From positions 123,270-187,269 of the forward strand of contig DATGLG010000012.1 of assembly GCA_035294245.1 (NCBI GenBank): DNA of 64,000 nt. The letters are read 5' to 3'. The position numbers and the translations under genes are program-made. How positions within the stretch are numbered: the stretch's first letter is position 1; each line of letters begins with the position of its first letter. Below are positions 9,922 through 17,366 of this stretch, piece after piece. The notes under the pieces are model-generated. The model was given only the letters and a program-made list of their open reading frames with translations. It had not been told where the DNA came from and made no database searches. The DNA comes from Alphaproteobacteria bacterium (lineage in GTDB: Bacteria > Pseudomonadota > Alphaproteobacteria > JACZXZ01).

Positions 9922-11667
9922 GTGACCAATGTTGCCGCCGCGCCCCCGCCCACCACCCTGCTTGGAACGACGACCGGAACCCAGATCGTCGCCGTGCTCG
10001 ATGCCAATCCGGCCCTCGCCCATCTCGACCCGGGCGGCATCGTCGAGGGCGTGGTCGTCGGGCGCGATGCGCGCGGCCAGACCGTCATCGAGACCGCCTT
10101 CGGCCAGATCTCGTTCAGCTCGCGCCTCAATCTCGCGATCGGCAGCAAGGTGGTGCTGGAGATCCAGAGCACCGGCGCACGCCTCGCCGCCATCGTGCTC
10201 TCGGTCGACGGTCAACCCGTGGCGCTGCTCGCGCGCGCTTCGGCAGCACCTCTGCCTCCTTTGCCCGACTTGGCGAGTCCGCCGGGACGCGCCGCGGCAT
10301 CCCTATCGCCCTCGACGCCGTTAGAATCGGCGCCGGTCACCGAGGTCACGCTGTCCACGGGCGTCGTGGCGACGGCGACCCTGCTGCAGCCCGCCTCGCC
10401 TGCACGGGTGCCTTCTGTCAAAGCCGAGAGCGCCCCCGCCGCCGTCGCGAATTCGACCTCGCGGCCGCCATCCTCTGCGCCCGCCTCATCACCGTCCCGC
10501 CCGGCCGCGGCAATCTTCGCCGGTGGCGGGGCGCACCCGGCACTGCCGCCCGCCTTCACCGCAGCACCGCTTCCCGCCGGAAGCCGGTTCTCGGTGCGGA
10601 TCGCGGCCATCGAGCCGCCCGCCTCGCAGCCCGGCGATACGGCCGCGCCGCCGCCGCCCATGGCTGCGGGCCCGATCGCATTCCCCGCGATCGGGGAACG
10701 CGCAGACCCTCCGGGCGATCACCCGCCCGAGCCACAGCCTCCGGGCGCGTCTTTGCCCGCGGTCACCGGCGCTCGGACACCGCCTGCGTTACGCGGCAAC
10801 GCTGCCGCGCTGGAGGGCGTTGTGATCGGCCGCGACGGCAATGGCCAGACGGCGATTCAGACGCCACTCGGCATCGTCGAGCTGCCCCTTCCATCGGAGC
10901 CGCTGGCGGGCTCCCGGATCGTCCTCGAGCTGCTCGGCCCACCCCAGCTTCCGCAGCCCGCCCCCGAAAGCCGGGATGGGGGTGAGGTGATCGGCCTCAG
11001 TCGGGCCTGGCCGGCGCTCCGCGAAGCCGTAGCGGCGCTGGCGGATGGCGCCGCCGATCCGGCGCACCCGCCCTTCTCCGGCCTGCCTCGGCCCGGTGAC
11101 GGGCTTGCGCTCGGCATTCTGCGCTTCGCCGCCGCACTCGAAAACGGGGAGAGCGCGATCTGGCTCGACGATGCGACCGCGCGCCAGCTTGCCGCGCGCG
11201 ACAGCGGCGCCTTGGCGAGCCGTATCGCGGACGACTTTGCGCATCTCGCGGCACTCGCCTCGGAGGGCGGCAGCGGCGAGTGGCGCGCCTTCTTCATCCC
11301 CGTCTGGAGCGAAAGCCAGCTGTTCCAGCTCCGGCTCTTCCTGCGCCGCGAGCAGGCGCGGCCGGATGCCGGCGCGGCGAAGGCGGCCTCGACGGGTCGG
11401 CGCTTCATCATCGAGCTCGACCTCGACAGGCTCGGCGCCATGCAGCTCGACGCCTTCGTCAAGGGGCGGCGGCTGAGTCTTATTCTGCGCAGTCATCGAC
11501 CGCTCCCGCGCGCGCTGCGGGAGGAGCTTGCGGATATTTTCGCTAGCGCCAATGCGGCGGCCGGGCTCGACGGCACCCTCGGCTTCGAGGAAGGGCTGGC
11601 CCGCTTCCCGCTGGCGCCGATCGATTCGCTGCGCAGGCTCGGGGCGAGCGAGAGCGTCGTCGTCTAG
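9922..11667 (+). CDS. Pro/Ala-rich flagellar-cluster protein, possible hook-length-control (FliK-like) protein
   Basis: 581 aa with a GTG start preceded by GAGGAGG. The centre is long and Pro/Ala/Ser-rich. The C-terminal block (RRFIIELDLDRLGAMQLDAFVKGRRLSLILRSHRPLPRALREELADIF) resembles the Flg_hook/FliK C-terminal pattern. It is the last gene of the flhA-flhF-flhG string. The family call is tentative. Confidence 0.5.
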   Translation: MTNVAAAPPPTTLLGTTTGTQIVAVLDANPALAHLDPGGIVEGVVVGRDARGQTVIETAFGQISFSSRLNLAIGSKVVLEIQSTGARLAAIVLSVDGQPVALLARASAAPLPPLPDLASPPGRAAASLSPSTPLESAPVTEVTLSTGVVATATLLQPASPARVPSVKAESAPAAVANSTSRPPSSAPASSPSRPAAAIFAGGGAHPALPPAFTAAPLPAGSRFSVRIAAIEPPASQPGDTAAPPPPMAAGPIAFPAIGERADPPGDHPPEPQPPGASLPAVTGARTPPALRGNAAALEGVVIGRDGNGQTAIQTPLGIVELPLPSEPLAGSRIVLELLGPPQLPQPAPESRDGGEVIGLSRAWPALREAVAALADGAADPAHPPFSGLPRPGDGLALGILRFAAALENGESAIWLDDATARQLAARDSGALASRIADDFAHLAALASEGGSGEWRAFFIPVWSESQLFQLRLFLRREQARPDAGAAKAASTGRRFIIELDLDRLGAMQLDAFVKGRRLSLILRSHRPLPRALREELADIFASANAAAGLDGTLGFEEGLARFPLAPIDSLRRLGASESVVV

Positions 11668-12089
11668 GTCCCCTCGGCCTCCCGACGTCGATACATCGTC
11701 AATGCGATCTCGTCCTGGATCGCCTGATGGCGCCGCTCCGCCTCGCCGCGCAGCCGCTTGCGGTGGTTGTCGAGGGCGACGTCATAGCGCTTGAGCTCCT
11801 GATAGGCGGCCGCGACGGCTGCCGTGGCCTGGGCGATCAGCTCGTCCAGCTCGGCGAGCCGGGCGGCGAAGCCGGCGCGGCGCTCGAGAACGCGGCGTGC
11901 GTAGCGGGCATAGGCCCAGCCGCCCTCCAGGGAGCCGCGGGCGGCGCGCTGCTCCTCCAGGAGCTCGCGCTCCATGCGCTCTCGCTCCGCCTCGACGACG
12001 GCGCGCTGCGATTCCAGGGCCACGAGCTCCCGCCGCCGCTCGTCGAGCCGGGCGCGATGCAGCCGGATCAGGCTCCGAAGGGCTTTCAT
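11664..12089 (-). CDS. fliJ: Flagellar export chaperone FliJ
   Basis: 141 aa, almost entirely Arg/Glu/Ala/Leu coiled coil (MKALRSLIRLHRARLDERRRELVALE...). It lies directly downstream of fliI, as fliJ normally does. Confidence 0.7.
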   Translation of the reverse strand: MKALRSLIRLHRARLDERRRELVALESQRAVVEAERERMERELLEEQRAARGSLEGGWAYARYARRVLERRAGFAARLAELDELIAQATAAVAAAYQELKRYDVALDNHRKRLRGEAERRHQAIQDEIALTMYRRREAEGT

Positions 12090-12114
12090 CGCCGGCTAGC
12101 TATCGGGTCCCGCC

Positions 12115-13443
12115 TCACGGCGCTTCCATCCCCAGGATCTCGGCGAGCCGGCGATAGCCGCCAGCGAGATCGGCGCGCTCCTCCTTTTTCTGGGCGAGGA
12201 ACTGCTCGAGCGCCGGATAATACTGAATCGCCTCGTCGACCTTGGCGTCGCTCCCCTTGCGATAGGCCCCGAGGCGGATCATCTCGGCCATGTCCTCGTA
12301 GACGGCGATGAGCTGGCGCGCCCGATCGACGAGGGCGTTCTCTACGGCGCTGTTGCAGCCGGGCATGGTGCGCGAGATGCTGCGCAGGAGATTGACGGAG
12401 GGATAGCGGCCGCGCTCCGCGATCGCGCGCTCGAGCACGATATGGCCGTCGAGGATCGAGCGCACCGCGTCCGCCACGGGCTCGTTGTGATCGTCGCCCT
12501 CGACGAGCACGGTGAAGAGGCCGGTGATGCTGCCCTGTCCCGCCAGCCCCGGACCCGCCCGCTCCAGGAGGCGCGGCAGCTCGGTGAAGACCGTCGGGGT
12601 GAAGCCCTTGCTGGTGGGCGGTTCGCCGGCCGCAAGCCCCAGCTCGCGCTGGGCGGTGGCGAAGCGCGTCAGGCTGTCCATCAGGCACAGGACTTCGAGC
12701 CCGCTGTCGCGGAAATACTCGGCGACGGTCATGGTGAGATAGGCGGCCTGGCGCCGCATCAGCGCGGACTCATCCGAGGTCGCAACCACCACCACGCTGC
12801 GCTTGAGCCCTTCGGGGCCGAGATCGTCCTCGAGGAATTCCTGCACCTCGCGCCCGCGCTCGCCGATCAGGCCGATCACGGCGATGTCCGAGGCGGTGTA
12901 GCGCGCCAGCATCGAGAGCAGCACGGACTTGCCCACGCCCGAGCCGGCGAAGATGCCCATGCGCTGGCCCTTGCAGCAGGAGAGGAAGGTATTCAGGGCC
13001 CGCACGCCGAGGTCGAGCTTGCCGCCGACCCTCTGGCGCTGATGCGCCGGCGGCGGCGGATTGCGCAGGGCGTAGGCCGCGGTCCCGGATGGCAGCGGTC
13101 CCTTGCCGTCGATCGGCTCGCCGAGCGCATTGACCACGCGGCCGAGCCAGTGCCGCGACGGCCGCATCACCGGATCGGCGCTGACGATCTCCGCCTTGCA
13201 GCCGAGCCCGATCCCCTCGAGGGGGCCGAAGGGCATGAGCAGGGCCTGGCCCTGGCGAAAGCCAATCACCTCGCAAAGGACGCGGCGGCCGCCGCGACCC
13301 TCGATCTCGCAGCGGCTTCCGATCGAGAGGCGGCGCTCGACGCCGCCCAGCTCGACGAGCATGCCGAGGACCGCCGTGACGCGGCCGTAAAAGCGCTGCT
13401 CGGGCACTTGGCCGAGCTCGGCGAGAACCCTGTCCTTCAGCAA
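12115..13443 (-). CDS. fliI: Flagellum-specific ATPase FliI
   Basis: 442 aa of the FliI/YscN family. It has Walker A ([17 protein letters not shown]), Walker B ([12 protein letters not shown]) and the motif [14 protein letters not shown]. Confidence 0.95.
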   Translation of the reverse strand: MLKDRVLAELGQVPEQRFYGRVTAVLGMLVELGGVERRLSIGSRCEIEGRGGRRVLCEVIGFRQGQALLMPFGPLEGIGLGCKAEIVSADPVMRPSRHWLGRVVNALGEPIDGKGPLPSGTAAYALRNPPPPAHQRQRVGGKLDLGVRALNTFLSCCKGQRMGIFAGSGVGKSVLLSMLARYTASDIAVIGLIGERGREVQEFLEDDLGPEGLKRSVVVVATSDESALMRRQAAYLTMTVAEYFRDSGLEVLCLMDSLTRFATAQRELGLAAGEPPTSKGFTPTVFTELPRLLERAGPGLAGQGSITGLFTVLVEGDDHNEPVADAVRSILDGHIVLERAIAERGRYPSVNLLRSISRTMPGCNSAVENALVDRARQLIAVYEDMAEMIRLGAYRKGSDAKVDEAIQYYPALEQFLAQKKEERADLAGGYRRLAEILGMEAP

Positions 13444-13544
13444 GAGCGAGGCCTTGCGGGAAGCGGCGGCGGCCCGCTTCGGCCGCCCTTCCGCGACGGG
13501 GCGCGGTGACCTAAAATCATGCCGCGGATCATGCTCCGGGCCCG

Positions 13545-13619
13545 CTTAAGGCTTGGTAAATTGGTGCCAAGCGTTAAAGAGTTTGTTAACCTTTCTGAAG
13601 GATCATGCTTAAGGTTAAC
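13545..13619. promoter_or_regulatory. TTAA-dense divergent fliI/ctrA promoter region (candidate imperfect CtrA boxes)
   Basis: There are five TTAA tetramers in 75 bp. They are CTTAAG at 13545-13550 and 13608-13613, GTTAAC at 13585-13590 and 13614-13619, and TTAA at 13574-13577. Spacings are TTAA-N7-TAAA (13546-13560) and TTAA-N8-TTAA (13574-13589). There is no perfect TTAA-N7-TTAA. Confidence 0.4.
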
Positions 13620-13644
13620 ATCGCGGCGCGCGTGGGGGATAGCA

Positions 13645-14361
13645 ATGCGTGTTCTGCTCATCGAAGACGATTCATCGACCGCTCGCAGCATCGAATTGAT
13701 GCTCAAGTCGGAAGGCTATATTTGCGACACCACCGATCTCGGCGAGGACGGGCTCGAGATCGGCAAGCTCTATGATTACGACATCATCATTCTCGATCTG
13801 ATGCTCCCGGACATCGACGGCTATGAGGTGCTGCGCCGGCTGCGCGCCGCGCGGGTCGGCACGCCGATCCTCATCCTTTCCGGCCTGGCCGAGCTCGACA
13901 ACAAGCTCAAGGGACTCGGCTTCGGGGCCGACGACTATTTGACGAAGCCCTTCGACAAGCGCGAGCTGATCGCCCGTATCCAGGCGATCGTGCGCCGCTC
14001 CAAGGGCCATTCCGACTCGGTGATCAAGACCGGCCGCCTCGTCGTCAACTTGGACACCCGCACGGTCGAGGTGGACAACCAGCCGCTCCATCTCACCGGC
14101 AAGGAATACGGCATCCTCGAGCTGCTTTCGCTGCGGAAGGGAACGACGCTGACCAAGGAGATGTTCCTCAACCATCTCTATGGCGGCATGGACGAGCCGG
14201 AGCTCAAGATCATCGACGTCTTCGTCTGCAAGCTACGCAAGAAGCTTGCCGCCGCCACGGGCGGGGAGAACTACATCGAGACCGTGTGGGGGCGCGGCTA
14301 CGTGTTGCGCGATCCTCAGGCCGCGGAGCTCGAGAGCGAGCAGCGCGTCGCCGCACATTGA
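13645..14361 (+). CDS. ctrA: Cell-cycle/motility response regulator CtrA (OmpR family)
   Basis: Track ORF 13519..14361 trimmed to the ATG at 13645. [25 protein letters not shown]...[22 protein letters not shown]...[10 protein letters not shown]...[13 protein letters not shown]...[13 protein letters not shown] matches the highly conserved CtrA sequence. Confidence 0.95.
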   Translation: MRVLLIEDDSSTARSIELMLKSEGYICDTTDLGEDGLEIGKLYDYDIIILDLMLPDIDGYEVLRRLRAARVGTPILILSGLAELDNKLKGLGFGADDYLTKPFDKRELIARIQAIVRRSKGHSDSVIKTGRLVVNLDTRTVEVDNQPLHLTGKEYGILELLSLRKGTTLTKEMFLNHLYGGMDEPELKIIDVFVCKLRKKLAAATGGENYIETVWGRGYVLRDPQAAELESEQRVAAH

Positions 14362-14362
14362 A

Positions 14363-14398
14363 CCGGCGGAGCCGCGGCATCGGCTGCGGCTCCGTCGG
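14363..14398. terminator. Long GC hairpin between convergent ctrA and cheR (candidate bidirectional terminator)
   Basis: CCGGCGGAGCCGCGGC-ATCG-GCTGCGGCTCCGTCGG gives about 16 paired positions (two G-U) around a 4-nt loop. It starts 2 nt after the ctrA stop. There is no U-tract. Confidence 0.4.
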
Positions 14399-14446
14399 CG
14401 CTCCTTCCCTCGACATCGAGACGACAGATTCGCCGCGGCGCCCGCG

Positions 14447-15286
14447 TCAGACGGCGGCGCGCGCCTGCGCCGCCGCGGCGCTGACCGCATAGATCCCCCG
14501 CTCGGCGGGAAAAGGCTGGAAGCGGTCGGTGATGCCGAGCACCGTCTCGGCGCCGCCGAGATAGAGGAAGCCGTCATCGGGCATGACCTGACGGATGCGC
14601 TCGAGCACCCGGGCCTTGGTCTGCTGGTCGAAGTAAATAAGGACGTTGCGGCAGAAGACGACGTCGAAGCTGCCGAGGATGCGCGGGTCGTCGAGCAGGT
14701 TGAATTCCCGGAACTGCACCATCGCCCGGATCGCCGGGTCGATCTGCCAGCGCTCGCCGTCCTGCTTGAAGTACTTCACGAGGAGGCTGATCGGGAGACC
14801 GCGCTGCACCTCGAACTGCGAATAGATTCCGGCTTTCGCCTTGGCCAGGATGTCCCGCGAGATGTCCGTGGCGACGATCTCGTAGCGCCAGCCGCTCAGC
14901 TTGGCCGCGTGCTCGCGCAGCAGCATGGCGACGGAATAGGGCTCCTGCCCGCTCGAGGCGGCCGCGCTCCAGATGCGGAAGCTGCGGCTCGCCGCGCGCG
15001 TCTTGATCAGGTGCGGCAAGACCAGCGAGACGAATTGGTCGAAGGGCTTCTTGTCGCGAAAGAAGAACGACTCGTTCGTCGTCATCGCATCGACGACATC
15101 GCCGACGAGAGCCTCGCGCCCGCCCGCGCGCAAGGCGCCAACGAGCTCGTCGAGATCCTTGAGGCCGTGATTGCGCGCCACCGGGACCAGCCGGTTCTCG
15201 AGCAGGTAGCCCTTGTCCTCGCCGATGACGAGGCCCGAGCGCTCGCGCAGGAGGCGGCTGAGATATTGGAAATCGTCCGGCTTCAT
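14447..15286 (-). CDS. cheR: Chemotaxis methyltransferase CheR
   Basis: Track ORF 14447..15694 trimmed to the ATG at 15286. MKPDDFQYLSRLLRERSGL...TTNESFFFRD...FRIWSAAASSGQEPYS...VFCRNVLIYFD. The start overlaps the cheB stop (ATGA at 15283-15286). Confidence 0.95.
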   Translation of the reverse strand: MKPDDFQYLSRLLRERSGLVIGEDKGYLLENRLVPVARNHGLKDLDELVGALRAGGREALVGDVVDAMTTNESFFFRDKKPFDQFVSLVLPHLIKTRAASRSFRIWSAAASSGQEPYSVAMLLREHAAKLSGWRYEIVATDISRDILAKAKAGIYSQFEVQRGLPISLLVKYFKQDGERWQIDPAIRAMVQFREFNLLDDPRILGSFDVVFCRNVLIYFDQQTKARVLERIRQVMPDDGFLYLGGAETVLGITDRFQPFPAERGIYAVSAAAAQARAAV

Positions 15287-16437
15287 ATCCGCCCCTCGAG
15301 CACGAATTTCTGCACGAAGGCGGGAATCTCGCCGACCGGCAGAATGGCCGCGCAAATGCCGGCCTGGGCCGCCGCACCCGGCATGCCCCAGACCACGCTC
15401 GTCGCCTCGTCCTGGGCCACCACGGTCCCGCCGGAATCGGCAAGGGTGCGCGCGCCGCTCAGGCCGTCCTGCCCCATCCCCGTCAGGACGAGGACGAGGA
15501 CCTTGCCGCCGCAGGCTTCCGCCAGGCTGCGCAGCATCGGATCGGCGGCCGGCCGGCAGAAATTCTCGGGCGGCCCCTTGTCGAGCTTGGCGATGAGGCG
15601 TCCGCCCTTGTTCTCGCCGAGCAAATGGAAGTCGCCCGGCGCGATATAGATATGGCCGGGCAGGATTGGCTCGCCATCCGCCGCCTCGCGGCAAGGGCGC
15701 TTGCTCTGGCGGGCAAGATGCTCGGCGAGGATGGTGGTGAAGGTGGGCGGCATATGCTGGGTCACGACGATGGGGAGCGTCATGCGCGGATCGAGCCCGC
15801 CCAGCACGGTCATGAGCGCCTGGGGGCCGCCCGTCGAGCTGGCGATGGCCAGAAGCTCGGGACGCGCCGCACCCGGGCGCCTTAGCGGCATCGGACGGCG
15901 TGTCGGCGCCTGCGCCGGCCCCGGTGCCGTGGCCTCGCCGGGGCGCAGCGCGCGCGCCGAGACGCGGCCGGCGCCGCCGCGCCGGACGGCGCCGAGCCCC
16001 TTGACCTTGCCGAGCAGCTCGCGCTGGAAATCGGCGGCGCCGACCAGCTCGCGGGTGGCGGTCGGCTTGGCGAGATAGTCGGCAGCACCGGCGGCCAGCG
16101 CCTTGATGCTGATCTCCGCGTTCCGCTTGGTAAGCGTGGAGGCCATGATCACCTTGATCGTGGGATCCAGCTCGAGCAGCTTGCCGAGCGCGGTCATGCC
16201 GTCCATGACCGGCATCTCGATATCGAGGACCACGACCTCGATCTTGTTCCGCTGGGCGGCGTTCAGCGCCTGAAGGCCGTTTCCAACCGACGCCACCACC
16301 TCGATCTCGGGATCGGCCTCGAGAGCGCGCGTGATGAGCCCGCGGACCACGACGGAGTCGTCGACGATCATGACCCGGTAAGGCCCCGGCCGCTCCTCGG
16401 GCGCGGCGGCGCTCGCCTCGACGATCGCGGGGGCCAT
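15283..16437 (-). CDS. cheB: Chemotaxis methylesterase/response regulator CheB
   Basis: Track ORF 15283..16647 trimmed to the ATG at 16437. It has a REC domain (RVMIVDDSVVVR...VVVLDIEMPVMDG) and an esterase domain (AIASSTGGPQAL, VTQHMP, LTGMGQDG). The start shares 1 nt with the cheY stop. Confidence 0.95.
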   Translation of the reverse strand: MAPAIVEASAAAPEERPGPYRVMIVDDSVVVRGLITRALEADPEIEVVASVGNGLQALNAAQRNKIEVVVLDIEMPVMDGMTALGKLLELDPTIKVIMASTLTKRNAEISIKALAAGAADYLAKPTATRELVGAADFQRELLGKVKGLGAVRRGGAGRVSARALRPGEATAPGPAQAPTRRPMPLRRPGAARPELLAIASSTGGPQALMTVLGGLDPRMTLPIVVTQHMPPTFTTILAEHLARQSKRPCREAADGEPILPGHIYIAPGDFHLLGENKGGRLIAKLDKGPPENFCRPAADPMLRSLAEACGGKVLVLVLTGMGQDGLSGARTLADSGGTVVAQDEATSVVWGMPGAAAQAGICAAILPVGEIPAFVQKFVLEGRI

Positions 16438-16802
16438 CAGATCAATCCCACCTGCTCGAATTTCGCTTGAATGATCTCGCTGTCGAACGGCTTCATGATG
16501 TATTCGTCGGCGCCCGCCGCGAGCGCTTCCTGGATGTGGGTGAGATCGTTCTCGGTCGTGCAGAACACCACCACCGGCTGATCGCCGCCGCTCGTCCCCC
16601 GCAGCGTCTTGAGAAACTCGAGGCCGTTCATCACGGGCATGTTCCAATCGAGGAGGATGGCATCCGGCATGCGTTCGCGGCAGGCGTCCATCGCCATCTT
16701 GCCGTCGGCCGCTTCCGTGATCTCGAAATTCAGCCCTTCGAGAATGCGACGCGCGACCAGTCGGACGACCTTGGAATCATCGACGACAAGGCAGGTCTTC
16801 AT
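16437..16802 (-). CDS. cheY: Single-domain chemotaxis response regulator CheY
   Basis: 121 aa: MKTCLVVDDSKVVR...ILLDWNMPVMNGLEFL...GADEYIMKPF. Confidence 0.9.
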   Translation of the reverse strand: MKTCLVVDDSKVVRLVARRILEGLNFEITEAADGKMAMDACRERMPDAILLDWNMPVMNGLEFLKTLRGTSGGDQPVVVFCTTENDLTHIQEALAAGADEYIMKPFDSEIIQAKFEQVGLI

Positions 16803-16856
16803 GAACTCGCTCCGCAGCTTGCGGCCGTCATCAGAGACGCATGCTCATGCTCCGGG

Positions 16857-17366
16857 TCACGCCGCCTCGGCGCGCCGGAACTGGAGAAGGCGCTCGACAT
16901 CGAGCACGATCATGAGCTGGTCCTTGAGGCGGTAGATGCCGGCCGAAACCTCGCGCCAACGCACGCTCAAGGTCGCTGGATTGCGCTCGAAATCCTCGGG
17001 CGGCAGGCTCAAGACCTCGCCCACCTGGTCGATCACCAGGCTATAGAGCTCGCCGCCATACTCCACCACGACATTCATGCTCCCTGCCTCGGCCTCGCGC
17101 GGCGGGAGCCCCAGCCTGCGGCGGACATCGATGACGGTGACGATGCGGCCGCGCAGGTTGAGGGCGCCGGCGACCTCGGGCGGGGCCAGCGGAATGCGGG
17201 TGATGCGCTGGGGGCCCAGCACGTCCTGGACGGTAAGCACGGGAATCCCGAACAGCTGATCCGCGATGACGATTGTCACGAACTCGCTCTGGCCGCCCGC
17301 GGATGCGGCGCGCCCGGCTCCCGCCTCGCGCTTCTTTCTCGCCTGCTTCTTCGTCGTCTTGGTCAT
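16857..17366 (-). CDS. cheW: Chemotaxis coupling protein CheW
   Basis: Track ORF 16857..17750 trimmed to the ATG at 17366. It has a Lys-rich N-tail and then the CheW fold (FVTIVIADQLFGIPVLTVQDVL...ALNLRGRIVTVIDVRRRLG). The start overlaps the cheA stop (ATGA at 17363-17366). Confidence 0.9.
   Translation of the reverse strand: MTKTTKKQARKKREAGAGRAASAGGQSEFVTIVIADQLFGIPVLTVQDVLGPQRITRIPLAPPEVAGALNLRGRIVTVIDVRRRLGLPPREAEAGSMNVVVEYGGELYSLVIDQVGEVLSLPPEDFERNPATLSVRWREVSAGIYRLKDQLMIVLDVERLLQFRRAEAA

Noticed and set aside
13555-13569. Sigma-54-like -24 element on the minus strand (TGGCAC) pointing toward fliI, considered because FlbD is encoded nearby
   Set aside because: The -12 element is missing. 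The sequence is TGGCAC-CAATT-TACC, not TGGCAC-N5-TTGC. With N4 spacing it reads TTAC. This is not enough to call a promoter.
13574-13589. TTAA...TTAA pair as a canonical CtrA box
   Set aside because: The spacing is N8, not N7. It is kept only as part of the TTAA-dense region, not as a called site.
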